Below the pieces are notes generated by a model. It had not been told where the DNA came from, ran no database searches, and saw nothing but the letters and a program-made list of their open reading frames with translations. Both the position numbers and the translations under genes were made by a program. A stretch of 64,000 nucleotides of DNA, from assembly GCA_977862235.1 (NCBI GenBank), contig OZ374563.1:1736001-1800000 (forward strand), in the 5' to 3' direction. Numbering within the stretch: position 1 is the stretch's first letter; every line of letters starts with the position of its first letter. Shown here one piece after another: positions 32,573 through 42,909 of the stretch. The stretch is from Dudresnaya verticillata (lineage: Eukaryota).

Positions 32573-34762
32573 CTATTCATGCCACCCTGCCGCAAACACC
32601 CTCACCCACCGATCGCTGACACATGCAAACACCCCACGCGCCCCGGCCGGCAGCTTGTCCATCCTGGCGCTTCGGGGCAACTGCAGCGCCTGCACGGCGC
32701 GGATGGTCTCCACCTCTCCGCCGCGAAGACTGTCCCCGGGCGTCCACGCGTCCCATTCCACACCGTCCTCCCATGCCTCCGCGGTCCACATCCTGACGCC
32801 ACCAACTGCCTTCTTATCTCCCGTGGCCACAACCGTCCCGTCCACGCCCTGCCCGCCGAGCACGGCCACGCCCCCGACCCGCATCCCGTACTCGTGCCCC
32901 TCTAGCGTGGGACCGACGCGCGGCCCGAGCGCAAGCGAGTCCCCATCCGCGACCACTCCTCGGTGCACCACCACGCGCGCTGCCCCCGCGCTTCCGCCAC
33001 CCAGGCTCGACACTGCGACCAGCCCGTGCGCCACATGCGAAGACGTTACGTAAGCTGCACTCCCGCCGCGCTCGTGGTCCAGCCGCGTCACCGTCGGCGC
33101 GTCCAGATATCCGTCGAAGCGTAGCGCGTACATCCCGCATGACGCCCCGGCCACCACCGCGCTCCCGCCGCCGCGCCCAAGAGAAATCTCCCCCAGGGAG
33201 TGCACAGTCTTCTGCGCCACCCCAGGGATTTGTGTCGTGTAGAGCGCCGTCGCCGTGCTCCGCACGTCGAACGTGCACACCTGCCCATTCCCTAGCCCAC
33301 ACATCAGTAGATGAGGCCGGTGTTGCAGCCAAACCGCCGACAGAGGCATATACGGTGTCTCCAGAGCATCCGCCAGCGCCATATCCGGCGTCAGCAGCTT
33401 CACTCGCCGTTCCGTTGCCACCATGGCCGCGCACCTGTATGAGGGCGACCCCTCATCGTCGCACACCGCGATGGCGTTCACGCGCCGCTGCGTCAGTACA
33501 GGCAGTGCTTCCCCGATGTCTGGCCTGATTATATCCACGCGCCGCAAGCGCTGGGTCGAGCCTCTCTGCCCTGGGCGTTGATTTTCTGCGTACAGAATCC
33601 CGCTGCCTCCGTCGAAAGCCACTGCAGCGGAGCCACCGTTTGTGCAGCGGCTGGCCATGAGCGTCGCTCGCGGCCGTCGTTGCCGAGGCTGCACCTGTGC
33701 ACCAGATCCAAATGTCCGTACAGGTGCGGCGGTCATCTGGCGAAGCAGCTCCGACGCCTGTTGCTGGCATGCCTTGGTCAGACGCTCCGACGCCCGTAGA
33801 CGAGCCTTGGTTGCCTGGTGGGCCTTCTTTTCATCTGAGAACTTGCGGCGTATTGCCTCTATCTCCGACACGTCTACCGTGGCCAGCAGCGGCGGAAGTC
33901 CGAATAGGTAGCGCAGGTCGCGCACTCGGGCCGGATGCTTGCACGTAGGACAGGAGCCCCGACGGGTTCCTTGCTCTGTGAGCCACTGCCGAATGCAGCT
34001 GTAGCCGAAAAGATGGCCACACGGAAGGCAGCACACGTGGTGGTCCCCGGTGTTCGTCCATGCCTCCAGGCAGATGGTGCATGAGTTACCTTCCTCACCA
34101 AGCTGTGAAGAAGATGTGCGTGGCACAGATTCCCGCGACCGGGACGCAAGTTGCAGTGTCTGCGTCGTTTGTGGTGGTGGCGGATGTGGCGACGGGGTGG
34201 GCTGCTGCTGCGGCTGCGGCTGCTGCTGCGGCGGCTGCGGCAGCGGGGGTGTACGCATCCTTGGGGCGCGGGAAGGCCCCACAGGAAAGGATGCCCATCC
34301 AGGCGCGCCCGGGCCATTGAGGCGGCGACGGCGCACCGGGCGCGGGGACAGCGGCGGGGATGGAGACGGCGTGATGAGGTCTGTGATGTGGATGCGTTCT
34401 GGCTCGGGGGTCCTTAGGTCGTTGGACGACGACGACCTGTTCGAGGAGGACAAAGACATGAAGTCGTCGGCGGAGAAGCTTGCGGAGCGGATGAGTTGCG
34501 CAGGGTGCGAACTAGGCGTTGGATACGACGAGGGTGGGCTCGGGGCGCTGCTACGAACCCTCCGGCGCCGCCACGCTTCAGACGGACGTGGGTTTTCGGG
34601 GTCGTCCAGGTGCAACGACGAGGATGAGCCCGGGGCGCTGTTGCGAACCCTCCGGCGCCGCCGCACTCCAGACAGGCGTGGGCTTTCGGGGTCGTCCGGG
34701 TGCAAATACGGTGGGAGAACGCGCGTTAGTAATCCCACGCTTGGACTTGGAGAGCGCGGCAT
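32573..34762 (-). CDS. RFWD3: RING finger and WD40 E3 ubiquitin ligase RFWD3-like
   Basis: CTICLEAWTNTGDHHVCCLPCGHLFGYSCIRQWL…CPTC RING typical of RFWD3, then coiled coil and WD-like GLGNGQVCTFDVR; start at the first in-frame ATG (34762) is assumed. Confidence 0.85.
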   Translation of the reverse strand: MPRSPSPSVGLLTRVLPPYLHPDDPESPRLSGVRRRRRVRNSAPGSSSSLHLDDPENPRPSEAWRRRRVRSSAPSPPSSYPTPSSHPAQLIRSASFSADDFMSLSSSNRSSSSNDLRTPEPERIHITDLITPSPSPPLSPRPVRRRRLNGPGAPGWASFPVGPSRAPRMRTPPLPQPPQQQPQPQQQPTPSPHPPPPQTTQTLQLASRSRESVPRTSSSQLGEEGNSCTICLEAWTNTGDHHVCCLPCGHLFGYSCIRQWLTEQGTRRGSCPTCKHPARVRDLRYLFGLPPLLATVDVSEIEAIRRKFSDEKKAHQATKARLRASERLTKACQQQASELLRQMTAAPVRTFGSGAQVQPRQRRPRATLMASRCTNGGSAAVAFDGGSGILYAENQRPGQRGSTQRLRRVDIIRPDIGEALPVLTQRRVNAIAVCDDEGSPSYRCAAMVATERRVKLLTPDMALADALETPYMPLSAVWLQHRPHLLMCGLGNGQVCTFDVRSTATALYTTQIPGVAQKTVHSLGEISLGRGGGSAVVAGASCGMYALRFDGYLDAPTVTRLDHERGGSAAYVTSSHVAHGLVAVSSLGGGSAGAARVVVHRGVVADGDSLALGPRVGPTLEGHEYGMRVGGVAVLGGQGVDGTVVATGDKKAVGGVRMWTAEAWEDGVEWDAWTPGDSLRGGEVETIRAVQALQLPRSARMDKLPAGARGVFACVSDRWVRVFAAGWHE
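34525..34704. repeat. Two-copy 90-bp coding tandem repeat in the RFWD3 N-terminus
   Basis: 34525-34614 vs 34615-34704; LHPDDPESPRLSGVRRRRRVRNSAPGSSSS / LHLDDPENPRPSEAWRRRRVRSSAPSPPSS. Confidence 0.9.
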
Positions 34763-35313
34763 AAGCTCGACGCGGGGTGCGGCTTGCGTCTCTGTGAAGA
34801 TGGGGCCGGCCAGATGAGAGCCAAAGCCTGTGAACGCGAGTGAACGCGCGTGTTGGCGCCGATAACACGAGCGGGAATCAGAGCTTGGCACGGAATCGGG
34901 ACTTTTTCTTCTTTTTTTTAAAGGGGCCCGGTTCTGAGAGCAAGAGTGTCCAAGCCCCAACTGTTCGGGTGAACTACTGTATGTATGAACTTTTTGTTTG
35001 GCGCCAACAAGTCAGTCTCTCAACATTCCTGTTGAGTAAAAGTTGGTCAGCATGCAACACAGCCAACCCGTGGAGGTCGTGCTGCCACCAGCATGGCAAG
35101 ACAAGAACCAGATCATGAACAAGAAACAGAAGAAACAATTACAGAGCTGGCAGCATGACAGGACATAACAATTGCTAGGCAGCAACTACTGTAGAGGGCA
35201 AAGTCAAGTAGGAATTGAAGGAACACTTCTGGTGAATGAAGCAACATATTTATGGGAGTTATACTGTTCTTCTTCGTGCGTGTCTCCAAGCTCGACTGAA
35301 CTTGCTAGGCTTG

Positions 35314-36381
35314 CTAATGCGCCGTGCCATTCACGGCGTTCCGCTCACCAAACTCCTTGAGCCATGCCCCAAAGAGCACCTTTTGGTGCTCTGGCCTCCT
35401 GACACCAAGCCTGACAAACCTCGGCATACCAAAGCTACGACAATGCCTCACGGGGCATCCAGCAGCCATGGCCACGTCAACAGCGCGCTCAGCAACCTTG
35501 TCGTCGCCGCAGTCGACAAAGACCCACGGGACCCAGCCGGGGGAAGCTTCGTTAACCTTCCAGCCGATCCTCCGCACCTGGCCCTCCATTTCCTCGCGCC
35601 ATGGCGGCAATGTGGCCCACGTCTGCTTCATATAGTCGTGATCGGCGCAGGCGGCGACGGCAAACTCCTGGGCGGCGGTGTTGCAGCTCCACGGGGTCTG
35701 GGCCTTTTTCATGATACGAATGAGGCTCGGGGCGGCGGCGATGCTGCCCAGACGCAGGCCGGGACACGACCAGAGCTTGGTCCAGCTGGCCAGGACGAGG
35801 ACGCGGTCCGGAAACTCGTCGACGAGGTGCAGGGCGCTCTCGGCGCGCCAGTCGGGGCCGCGGAAGGGCATGAACGACTCGTCGAGGACGAGGGCGCCTG
35901 TGGAGGTGTTGAGGATGTGGCGGAGGGCGTCCAGCGAGAGCATGTCGCCGGTGGGGGAGTTGGGGTGGATGATGACGGTGACGGCGGCCGGTTCGGGCGA
36001 GTCCGGGGCGAGAACGGAGCGGCCTGCGGCTCGCGCGGCGCGCTGATACTCCATGTAGGCGGCCGGGAACGGACCGGGCTTGAACGGCCCCGGCGGGAGG
36101 ACGCGCATGAGCAGATCGATGAACTCCGACGCGCCGTTGCCCAGAAGCAGCTGCGACTGCGGCCAGGCCGTGAAGGTGGAGAGGGCCGAGAGGGCGACGG
36201 CGTTGTCCGCCGGCGGGTAGTGGTGGATGAGGGACAGGGCGTCGCGAGCGGCCGATAGGGCGGACGGGGGCGGGCCGAAGGCATTGGTGGTGACGGAGAA
36301 GTCGGCGACGAAGGTGGAGCACTGGCTCCATGTCTGGCCGCCGTGGACCTCTTGGGTCTCAGTGTCCCAGACCTTGTCCAT
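35314..36381 (-). CDS. PLP-dependent class I/II aminotransferase-fold enzyme, CobD/HisC-like
   Basis: HGG, DFS-x3-NAFGPP, GNGASEFI, HPNSPTG, LDESF, SWTK-x4-PGLRLG (PLP lysine), PWSCN, FVRLGVR. Confidence 0.88.
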   Translation of the reverse strand: MDKVWDTETQEVHGGQTWSQCSTFVADFSVTTNAFGPPPSALSAARDALSLIHHYPPADNAVALSALSTFTAWPQSQLLLGNGASEFIDLLMRVLPPGPFKPGPFPAAYMEYQRAARAAGRSVLAPDSPEPAAVTVIIHPNSPTGDMLSLDALRHILNTSTGALVLDESFMPFRGPDWRAESALHLVDEFPDRVLVLASWTKLWSCPGLRLGSIAAAPSLIRIMKKAQTPWSCNTAAQEFAVAACADHDYMKQTWATLPPWREEMEGQVRRIGWKVNEASPGWVPWVFVDCGDDKVAERAVDVAMAAGCPVRHCRSFGMPRFVRLGVRRPEHQKVLFGAWLKEFGERNAVNGTAH

Positions 36382-36746
36382 TGCGAAGCGTTTGTGTGAG
36401 TGTGAGTGTGAGTGTGTTTGTTAGTATGAAGACGGCGGGGGTGGGGGTGGGGTAGCGAAGCGGTGGCCGGTGGGCTGGGAGTAGTGTAAATAGGGATTGG
36501 CTGTTAAAAGATGTGCAGAAATGGATCGGCGGCGTATCGGCGGCGGCGGGTGCAAAGCGGTCAAGCAGTTCGGCGTCGCTCTGAGAAAAAATCGGTGCGC
36601 GGCTACAGCGCGACACGGGGCGGTGGCGAGGCAGCGGCGCGGCGGCGGAACGGCGGCGGAGGTGACGTGCGCGGACCAACCAGACGGCGCCAAGAGTGGC
36701 TGTTGGGCAATCCAAAAGACGCGCGCGCGAGATATCTCACGCGCCA

Positions 36747-38201
36747 TCACAGCAGGCCCTGGCGCACCAAGTCTTCGTACGTCTTGCGCTTGAGCAGGTT
36801 GCCGTCGCCGTCCTCAAACTCCACGTCGCCGTCGTCAAAGTGCGCATGCGCGCCCTCGCGCTCGAGCCGCTGCTGCAGCGAGACCGCGTCCTTGATCCTG
36901 GTGATCATCATGAACGCTTTGGAGTAGCCGATGCCGAGGCAGCGCAGCCCATGCACGTGCTGCGCGTCGGTGAAGTGGCGCTCAAACGCCCTCGGCCCCC
37001 GATACGTAGCGTTCCCGCAGATCTCGCACTGAAACTCATGGTTGAGCCCGTGCAGCTTGTACATCCAGTACGGGATCGGCTTGCCGTCCCACCCAAGCGG
37101 CACGTCCTTCGGGTTGTACACCACGCCCTCCCCCGCCCCATCCTCCCCACGCCCGTCGTCCTCCGCCGCGCGCGCGGCGCCGTCCAGCCCCGCCTCCTCC
37201 GCGACGCGCTCCGCCTCAAGCTCTGCAAAGCTCAGACTCAGCTTCTTCCGCACGTTGGCCACAGTGGCCGCGCGCTCCTCCGCGAGCAGCTCGGCCAGCA
37301 CAAAGCGCACGACGCGCTCGGTGACCGCGCGCTGGCCCACGGCCAGGTCCCTCGCGGCGCGCAGCAGGCGCTCCGCGCGGTCCTCCGCGCGGCCGCCGCA
37401 CTTGAGCCCGAGCTCGAGCAGCTCGCGTTTGACGCCCTCCGCGCCGCCCAGGCGCGCGAGCACGTCCTCCGGGCCCGGCGCGACCGCGGCCAGGCGCGCC
37501 AGGCGGTCGCGCAGGTCGGCCTCTGCGCGGCGGCGCGCGCCGGCCACGTGGTCGTCCACGCGGTGCAGCGGGTGCGCGCGGCGCGCAAACGCGACCAGGT
37601 AGCGCAGCAGGCCTTCCAGATAGCGCAGGTAGGGCGCGGACGCGCGCGCGGCCGGCGCGACGCGCGCAAAGTCGGTGGCGGCCGCGGCGACGTACTCGCA
37701 GTACTCCGCGCGCGGGTGCGGCGGATGCGAAGGCGCGGCGATGATGTTGAGGTAGGCCAGGTAGTGCGGCTGCAGGTCCAGGCAGCGCGCCGCGGCCTCC
37801 TCACCGGAGAAGTGCGGCGGCGGCGCCGCGGCGGCCAGCAGCGCGGCGTCGCGCGCCGGCTGCGGCGCGGTGGGCGCGTGCGCGGCCGGGCGGTGCGCGT
37901 CGCGCAGGTCGCGCAGGCGCGCGTAGAAGGCGGAGAGCGGGTCGGGGTCGGGCGCGCGCGGCGGCGGCGGCGCGGCGGAGAGGTGGGCGCGCGCGGCCGC
38001 GGCTCTGGCGGCGGCCAGGTGGAGGAGCGAGCGCGTGAGGTGGGCCGCGTGCAAGGGCGTCGGGACTTGGTGGCCGGCCTGCGACAGGCGCGCGTGCGCG
38101 GTCGGGGCGGACGGGCGCGACTGCAGCGCGGCGCTGGCGAGGTGCTTGAGCGTCTCCAGATCCTCCAGGTCTTGGCGCGTTTGCTCGAGCGTGGAGGTCA
38201 T
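36747..38201 (-). CDS. SF3A3: Splicing factor 3A subunit 3 (Prp9/SAP61)
   Basis: YNPKDVPLGWDGKPIPYWMYKLHGL, CEICGN-x2-Y-x-GPRAFERHF matrin-type zinc finger, KTYEDLVRQGLL C-terminus, GLKCGG SAP-like segment. Confidence 0.95.
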   Translation of the reverse strand: MTSTLEQTRQDLEDLETLKHLASAALQSRPSAPTAHARLSQAGHQVPTPLHAAHLTRSLLHLAAARAAAARAHLSAAPPPPRAPDPDPLSAFYARLRDLRDAHRPAAHAPTAPQPARDAALLAAAAPPPHFSGEEAAARCLDLQPHYLAYLNIIAAPSHPPHPRAEYCEYVAAAATDFARVAPAARASAPYLRYLEGLLRYLVAFARRAHPLHRVDDHVAGARRRAEADLRDRLARLAAVAPGPEDVLARLGGAEGVKRELLELGLKCGGRAEDRAERLLRAARDLAVGQRAVTERVVRFVLAELLAEERAATVANVRKKLSLSFAELEAERVAEEAGLDGAARAAEDDGRGEDGAGEGVVYNPKDVPLGWDGKPIPYWMYKLHGLNHEFQCEICGNATYRGPRAFERHFTDAQHVHGLRCLGIGYSKAFMMITRIKDAVSLQQRLEREGAHAHFDDGDVEFEDGDGNLLKRKTYEDLVRQGLL

Positions 38202-39320
38202 CGCGGGTGAGATGCGGGGATGGGCGAGGGGGGGGGGGGGAGGGACGCGGGATCGCGGATCGGCCGGCCGCGCCGCGCGCGGATCAAAGCGTGCGCTGTA
38301 ATGGGGCCGGGCGCGACCTTACAGAGCCGCAGCGCGGCATCGTTCGGCAAAAGTACAAAAACGCGCGCGGTGTATCTTTTCTGTTGTTGCATGGTCCATG
38401 CCCAGCCTGCGCGGCTACGCGGCTACCTGCGGCTACGCCCGCCCGCCCGAATCGGGTCTGTAAGACGGCGCGGCCGGGACGGCGCGCCATTGGGCCGCCG
38501 CGGCGCGGCTGACAGACGCGGCAGAAACAGCGGTTGTGGAACGAACGAATCTCGCGCACAATCTGCGCGCACCGCGCAGTCAAAAAGGCGCGCAAGGGCG
38601 CGTCAGCCCAATCCGCACGCGGCACGGGGCGCGTGCAGTGGAAGCGCGGAGAGAAATGAAAAACAAACTTCCCTCGCTTTGCCTTCCGGTGTGTGCCTGT
38701 CCGCCGGACGAGCTGCCGCCCGCGAGCACAAGCGGGACATAGCCGCGGTGGATTGCCGCGGTGGGACAGCCTCCTCTGTCTGGCTGCCTGCTGCTTACGC
38801 CTTTTTGGTAGAGTGAAGATAGCCCCGGAGGGGCGCCTATCTTCAGTTACTGCGCTGCTGCAACCGCGCGCGCCAGAGCTGCGCTTGCCATGTAAACTGT
38901 TACTTTGTCCAGAACGGTCGCGGCACACGGCGAGTGCACCAAGCGACTTTAACAAATGGGTGCAAAAGCGAACGTGCCGCTGTCGCCGGGAGCACCCACG
39001 CACCCGCATCGCAAGGCACGCGCCCCGCTCGGGGCGCGGCGGGGCGCGGCGGGGCGGGTCGGGGCGCGGCGGCGACTGTCGGCAACCGACGCCACGTCTG
39101 AAAAGCCCCAAAATTCTGCCGTGTCCGCTTTCCAGCCGTTCGCGGGTTGCCGCGCCAACCCCCCCCCCCCGGGCGCTCGCACCGCGCCCACTTTCTCGCT
39201 TGTTTTCTCAGCCCCCCCGCGCGCGCATCCGCCTTCATTCTTTTTTCTGCCAAACAACGCCCGCCCCCCGCGCCCCCCCGCCCGCCGCACCCACCACCCC
39301 TCCCGCCGTGCCCCGCACCC

Positions 39321-39322
<2 letters not shown>

Positions 39323-39357
<35 letters not shown>
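39323..39357. repeat. Poly-C homopolymer (~35 nt)
   Basis: Directly visible C run; shorter C/G runs at ~38228-38240 and ~39159-39170. Confidence 0.95.
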
Positions 39358-39358
<1 letters not shown>

Positions 39359-39477
39359 TCCCGTCCCGACACCGCACCTGCACGCACGCGCGCGTGTGCA
39401 CGCACGCACGCACGCACGCCCCCGCTGCCGACGCTCCTCCCCGCCGCGAGAGCCGCGCGCGAGCGAGAACAGAGAGC

Positions 39478-39482
<5 letters not shown>

Positions 39483-39570
<88 letters not shown>
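39483..39570. repeat. (AG)n microsatellite, ~44 units
   Basis: Directly visible uninterrupted AG dinucleotide run. Confidence 0.97.
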
Positions 39571-39572
<2 letters not shown>

Positions 39573-39894
39573 TGCGCCCCGCGCCGCCGCGCCGCTCGCC
39601 CCACACCCACCCACCCACGCGCCGCTCCCGCCCGCGCCCGCTCAATTCGCCGCCCGCTTGCACGCCCTCCTTCGCCCTCACCGCTGCTCGCAATTCCTCC
39701 TCCTCCGCCGTCGCCGTCGCCGCCGCCGTCGCCGCCGTCGCCGCGCGCGCGCCCCGCCACGCGCCCTTCCGCCCGCGCGCGCTGTCTGCTGTCGCGCGAG
39801 ATTTCCGTGCCGCGTCCGCCGCGCCGCGCCGCGCGCCCGTCCGAAGCCCCATCCGCGCCCGCACCCACCCCCCGCAGCGCTCGCGCCGCAGGGC

Positions 39895-41496
39895 ATGGTC
39901 GCAGAGCACCGCCGCTCCAACCCGCACCACCGTGCCCACCCGCCGCCCCCCGCCGCCCCCGTGTCCGCCGTCGCCCCGCGCGCCCCGCCGCCGACCGTCG
40001 ACCCGTTCCGCGCGGTCCCCATCCGCATCCTGCCGCGCCCTCGCCCGCCGTCGCCGCACCCCGTGCTGCCCGACCCCGCTCCGCAGAACCTCGACCACTA
40101 CTCGGTCTACACGGCCGACCCACCCGCCGCCGCCGCCGCCGCCGCCCCCGCTGTACAGCACGCCCTGGTCGCTTCGGCTCTGCTGCAGGCCTCCGCTGAC
40201 GTCAAGCAGGACGCCACCCTCGCACCGGCAGCTTTCAACGCCTCGGTCATCCCCGCCCCCGCCAAGATTGCCGCCTTTCGACCGCGCGCAGGTCACACCA
40301 TGGAGCTCCACGACTCCAGTGGCGCCCTGCTACAGACCTTCCCCGCCAATCCCGACTCGGACAACCCGCAGCAGGAAAACTCCTCACAGGACCCCGTACA
40401 CCACCAGCAGGACGCTGCTGCCCAGTCGCAAGATGACCCCCAGCAGCAGCAGCAGTCCCAGCCGCAGGAGCAGCAGCAGGAGCAGTCGCAGGAGCAGCAG
40501 CAGCAGCAACCGCAGGAGCAACCGCAAGAGCAGCAGCAGGAGCAGCAGCAGCAGCAGCAGCAGCAACCGCAGGAGCAACTGCAGGAGCAACCGCAGGAGC
40601 AACCGCAGGAGCAACCACAGGAGCAAGCGCAGGACCAGCCGCAGGACCAGGAGATGAAGGTTGAGAACACCGCAGAGACTGTTAAGGACGAAAAGCCGTC
40701 GCAGGACAACCAACAGGCGCAGCAGTCGCCGCAGTCGCAGCAGCAGCAACCGGATCCTGCTTGTGTTGCTGCCGCTGCTGCCGCTGCCGCCGCTGCTGTT
40801 GCCACCACCACCACCACCACTGCGCAGGAGCAGGCCAAGAGAGTTACTGCGCAAGCGGCGGGTGCTGCTGCATCGGCTGCCTCTACCGGAAGGGGCAGTT
40901 ATCCCCCAGCGAAGCCTCAGACGGTCCCTAAGAAGCCAGCCCGCATGCCCGGAACGAAGCAGTGCCCTTCATGCCGGAGTACTATCGCAGCCGCTGTTGC
41001 TAAATGTCCAAAGTGTCCGCATGTCTTCCGGGAGAAGAAGGAGAAGGTGAAGCGCTCGGGAAAACGCGGCAAGAAGAATTGCCCCAAGTGCAGCTATGAA
41101 AACCCCTCGGCCTGCAGCTCATGCAAGAACTGCAAGCACGTCTTCCGCCTCAAGCTAATGGACAAGTACAAGGCCATGCGGCCACGCCAGACGACCGAGA
41201 GTGCCGCCGCCGCCGCCGCCGCCGCCGCTCATGCTGCCGCAAACATGGCGCATGGGGCAAACGCTGTTAGTGCCGTCTCTACAGTGCCCCTTCCAGCCGG
41301 GGTCGCAACGTACCCCAACCAAATCGGACAGCAAATCCACCCCAATCACGTTCCCATGATGTCAACACTGCCCGGTCAGCCCCCTATCGCGATGCACCAC
41401 CAGACGCATAATGTGCATTCGGCCGGGATGCAGTCAATGCATCCTATCCAGCCGCAACATTCCATGCAGCATCAGCAGACGCATCCTCAATTGTAA
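39895..41496 (+). CDS. Q/A-rich protein with two CxxC-x10-CxxC zinc ribbons (UPF0547/double-zinc-ribbon-like), probable nuclear regulator
   Basis: KQCPSCRSTIAAAVAKCPKCPHVF and KNCPKCSYENPSACSSCKNCKHVF with a basic NLS-like linker; QEQP repeats at 40441-40650; start uncertain (39895 or 40300). Confidence 0.75.
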   Translation: MVAEHRRSNPHHRAHPPPPAAPVSAVAPRAPPPTVDPFRAVPIRILPRPRPPSPHPVLPDPAPQNLDHYSVYTADPPAAAAAAAPAVQHALVASALLQASADVKQDATLAPAAFNASVIPAPAKIAAFRPRAGHTMELHDSSGALLQTFPANPDSDNPQQENSSQDPVHHQQDAAAQSQDDPQQQQQSQPQEQQQEQSQEQQQQQPQEQPQEQQQEQQQQQQQQPQEQLQEQPQEQPQEQPQEQAQDQPQDQEMKVENTAETVKDEKPSQDNQQAQQSPQSQQQQPDPACVAAAAAAAAAAVATTTTTTAQEQAKRVTAQAAGAAASAASTGRGSYPPAKPQTVPKKPARMPGTKQCPSCRSTIAAAVAKCPKCPHVFREKKEKVKRSGKRGKKNCPKCSYENPSACSSCKNCKHVFRLKLMDKYKAMRPRQTTESAAAAAAAAAHAAANMAHGANAVSAVSTVPLPAGVATYPNQIGQQIHPNHVPMMSTLPGQPPIAMHHQTHNVHSAGMQSMHPIQPQHSMQHQQTHPQL

Positions 41497-42075
41497 AGGG
41501 TACCTGGAAACGTGTTTCTGTTTTGCTACTGGCGAAAGCGTGAAGCGCAGGCGGGAAAGTCCAGCGTAAGCGCAACTTGTATGTTTCGCAAGAGGGGTTT
41601 CGTTTCGTAAAGTGAGGAGTTCGTTTTCAGTCGTTCGTGAGCGAAGCGCAGAAAGACCTGGTATCTTGAAATCGAAGATTTGTTCGTCTCGGTGGAAAGG
41701 GTTTTCTGTTCCTCAGTTTGGTGAACTTGGTGGTCTCTACAAAAAAAAACTTAAAAATGTGAGAACGGAATGACAGGAGAGTGTGCTCAAGTCTAGCTCG
41801 AAGCCATCGTTGAACACGGGGCAGTGTTAAGCTCAGGCACACGACCTGTCGGCGGGAAGATTAGCATAGGATTCTTGACAAGAGGTGGGCTCGGGTACAG
41901 GTTTTGCAGGCATGTAAGTAAGAATACACGCACATCCTCGCTATCTTACTTTGCTCTGTTTGGCAGCTAATTTGCGGAGAAGAAAGGAGGTGTGCTCTTC
42001 GGAATGTGGCAAGTCAATGCTGAAACAACACAACAACAACTACAACAACAATAACAACGTCATTTTGCAAAAGTG

Positions 42076-42909
42076 TCAAGGCTGCAGCCTCTGGATAGTC
42101 CATTCCAGATCCTCCCCAAGTGCCTCCTCCTCGCAGTTCTCAGCGACTGGCGGTAATGGACGTTTGTAAACAATACGGTCGTGCAGCCTTGCGCTCCTTC
42201 CCTTCCAAAACTCGATGCGGTCAGGCACCAATCGAAAACCGCCCCAATGCGGCGGTCGCTGAGTTTCTTTCTTCAGCTCGCCGTGCTCATCCAGATACTC
42301 CATCTGCAAATTCTTCCACCTGGTCTCAATCGCTTGCCGGCTCTCCAGAGGGCGACTCTGCTCGCTCGCCCACGCACCCAAACGGCTCCTCGGCGGCCGA
42401 CTCGCAAAGTACTTGTCGCTCTCGTGGGCGGCTACCTTGGTGACACCGCCCTCAACGCGGACGGAGCGTTCTAGTCCAGCCCACCAGAACGTGAGCGCAG
42501 CAAACGGCATAGCGGCCAGTTGCAACCCCTTTTGCGACTCATAGTTTGTGTAAAACACAAATCCTCGGCGGTCCACGCCTTTCAGCAACACCATTCGCGC
42601 CGACGGACGCCCATCCAAGCCCACGGTTGCCAAACTCATAGCGTTAGGTTCCGGCTCATTGGCCTTCTGCGCCTCCGCCATCCATTCGGCGAAGAGGGCA
42701 AATGGCTCCAACGGCATCTTGGACTGGTCCAGCCCTGTGCGTGAGTAGTTGACGCGGAGGTCAGATACCGGCTTGGTCATTGTTGCACGCGTGCAGATGC
42801 GGCGCGAGGCTGCGTGAGACCTGCGCGTGGCGGCGCGAGCGAGCGGCCCTGGCCGCGTGTGGTGAAGGTGCAAGGGTATCTGCAGCACGAAGCAGGAAGG
42901 GGGGTTCAT
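42076..42909 (-). CDS. pdxH: Pyridoxine/pyridoxamine 5'-phosphate oxidase with probable organellar transit peptide
   Basis: EPNAMSLATV, PSARMVLLK, FYTNYES-x-KG, RSVRVEG, YFASRP, RPPHWGG, EFW-x-GR-x2-RLHDR, W-x3-RLQP; N-terminus MNPPSCFV… resembles a plastid transit peptide. Confidence 0.95.
   Translation of the reverse strand: MNPPSCFVLQIPLHLHHTRPGPLARAATRRSHAASRRICTRATMTKPVSDLRVNYSRTGLDQSKMPLEPFALFAEWMAEAQKANEPEPNAMSLATVGLDGRPSARMVLLKGVDRRGFVFYTNYESQKGLQLAAMPFAALTFWWAGLERSVRVEGGVTKVAAHESDKYFASRPPRSRLGAWASEQSRPLESRQAIETRWKNLQMEYLDEHGELKKETQRPPHWGGFRLVPDRIEFWKGRSARLHDRIVYKRPLPPVAENCEEEALGEDLEWTIQRLQP

Noticed and set aside
38956..39894. N-terminal extension with poly-Pro and (ER)n in the 846-aa ORF
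   Set aside because: It is read-through of stop-free homopolymer and microsatellite DNA that is open in several frames on both strands; treated as non-coding.
40441..40650. Regular 12-bp repeats suggesting a CRISPR-like or satellite array
   Set aside because: Coding QEQP repeats without unique spacers; no cas genes.
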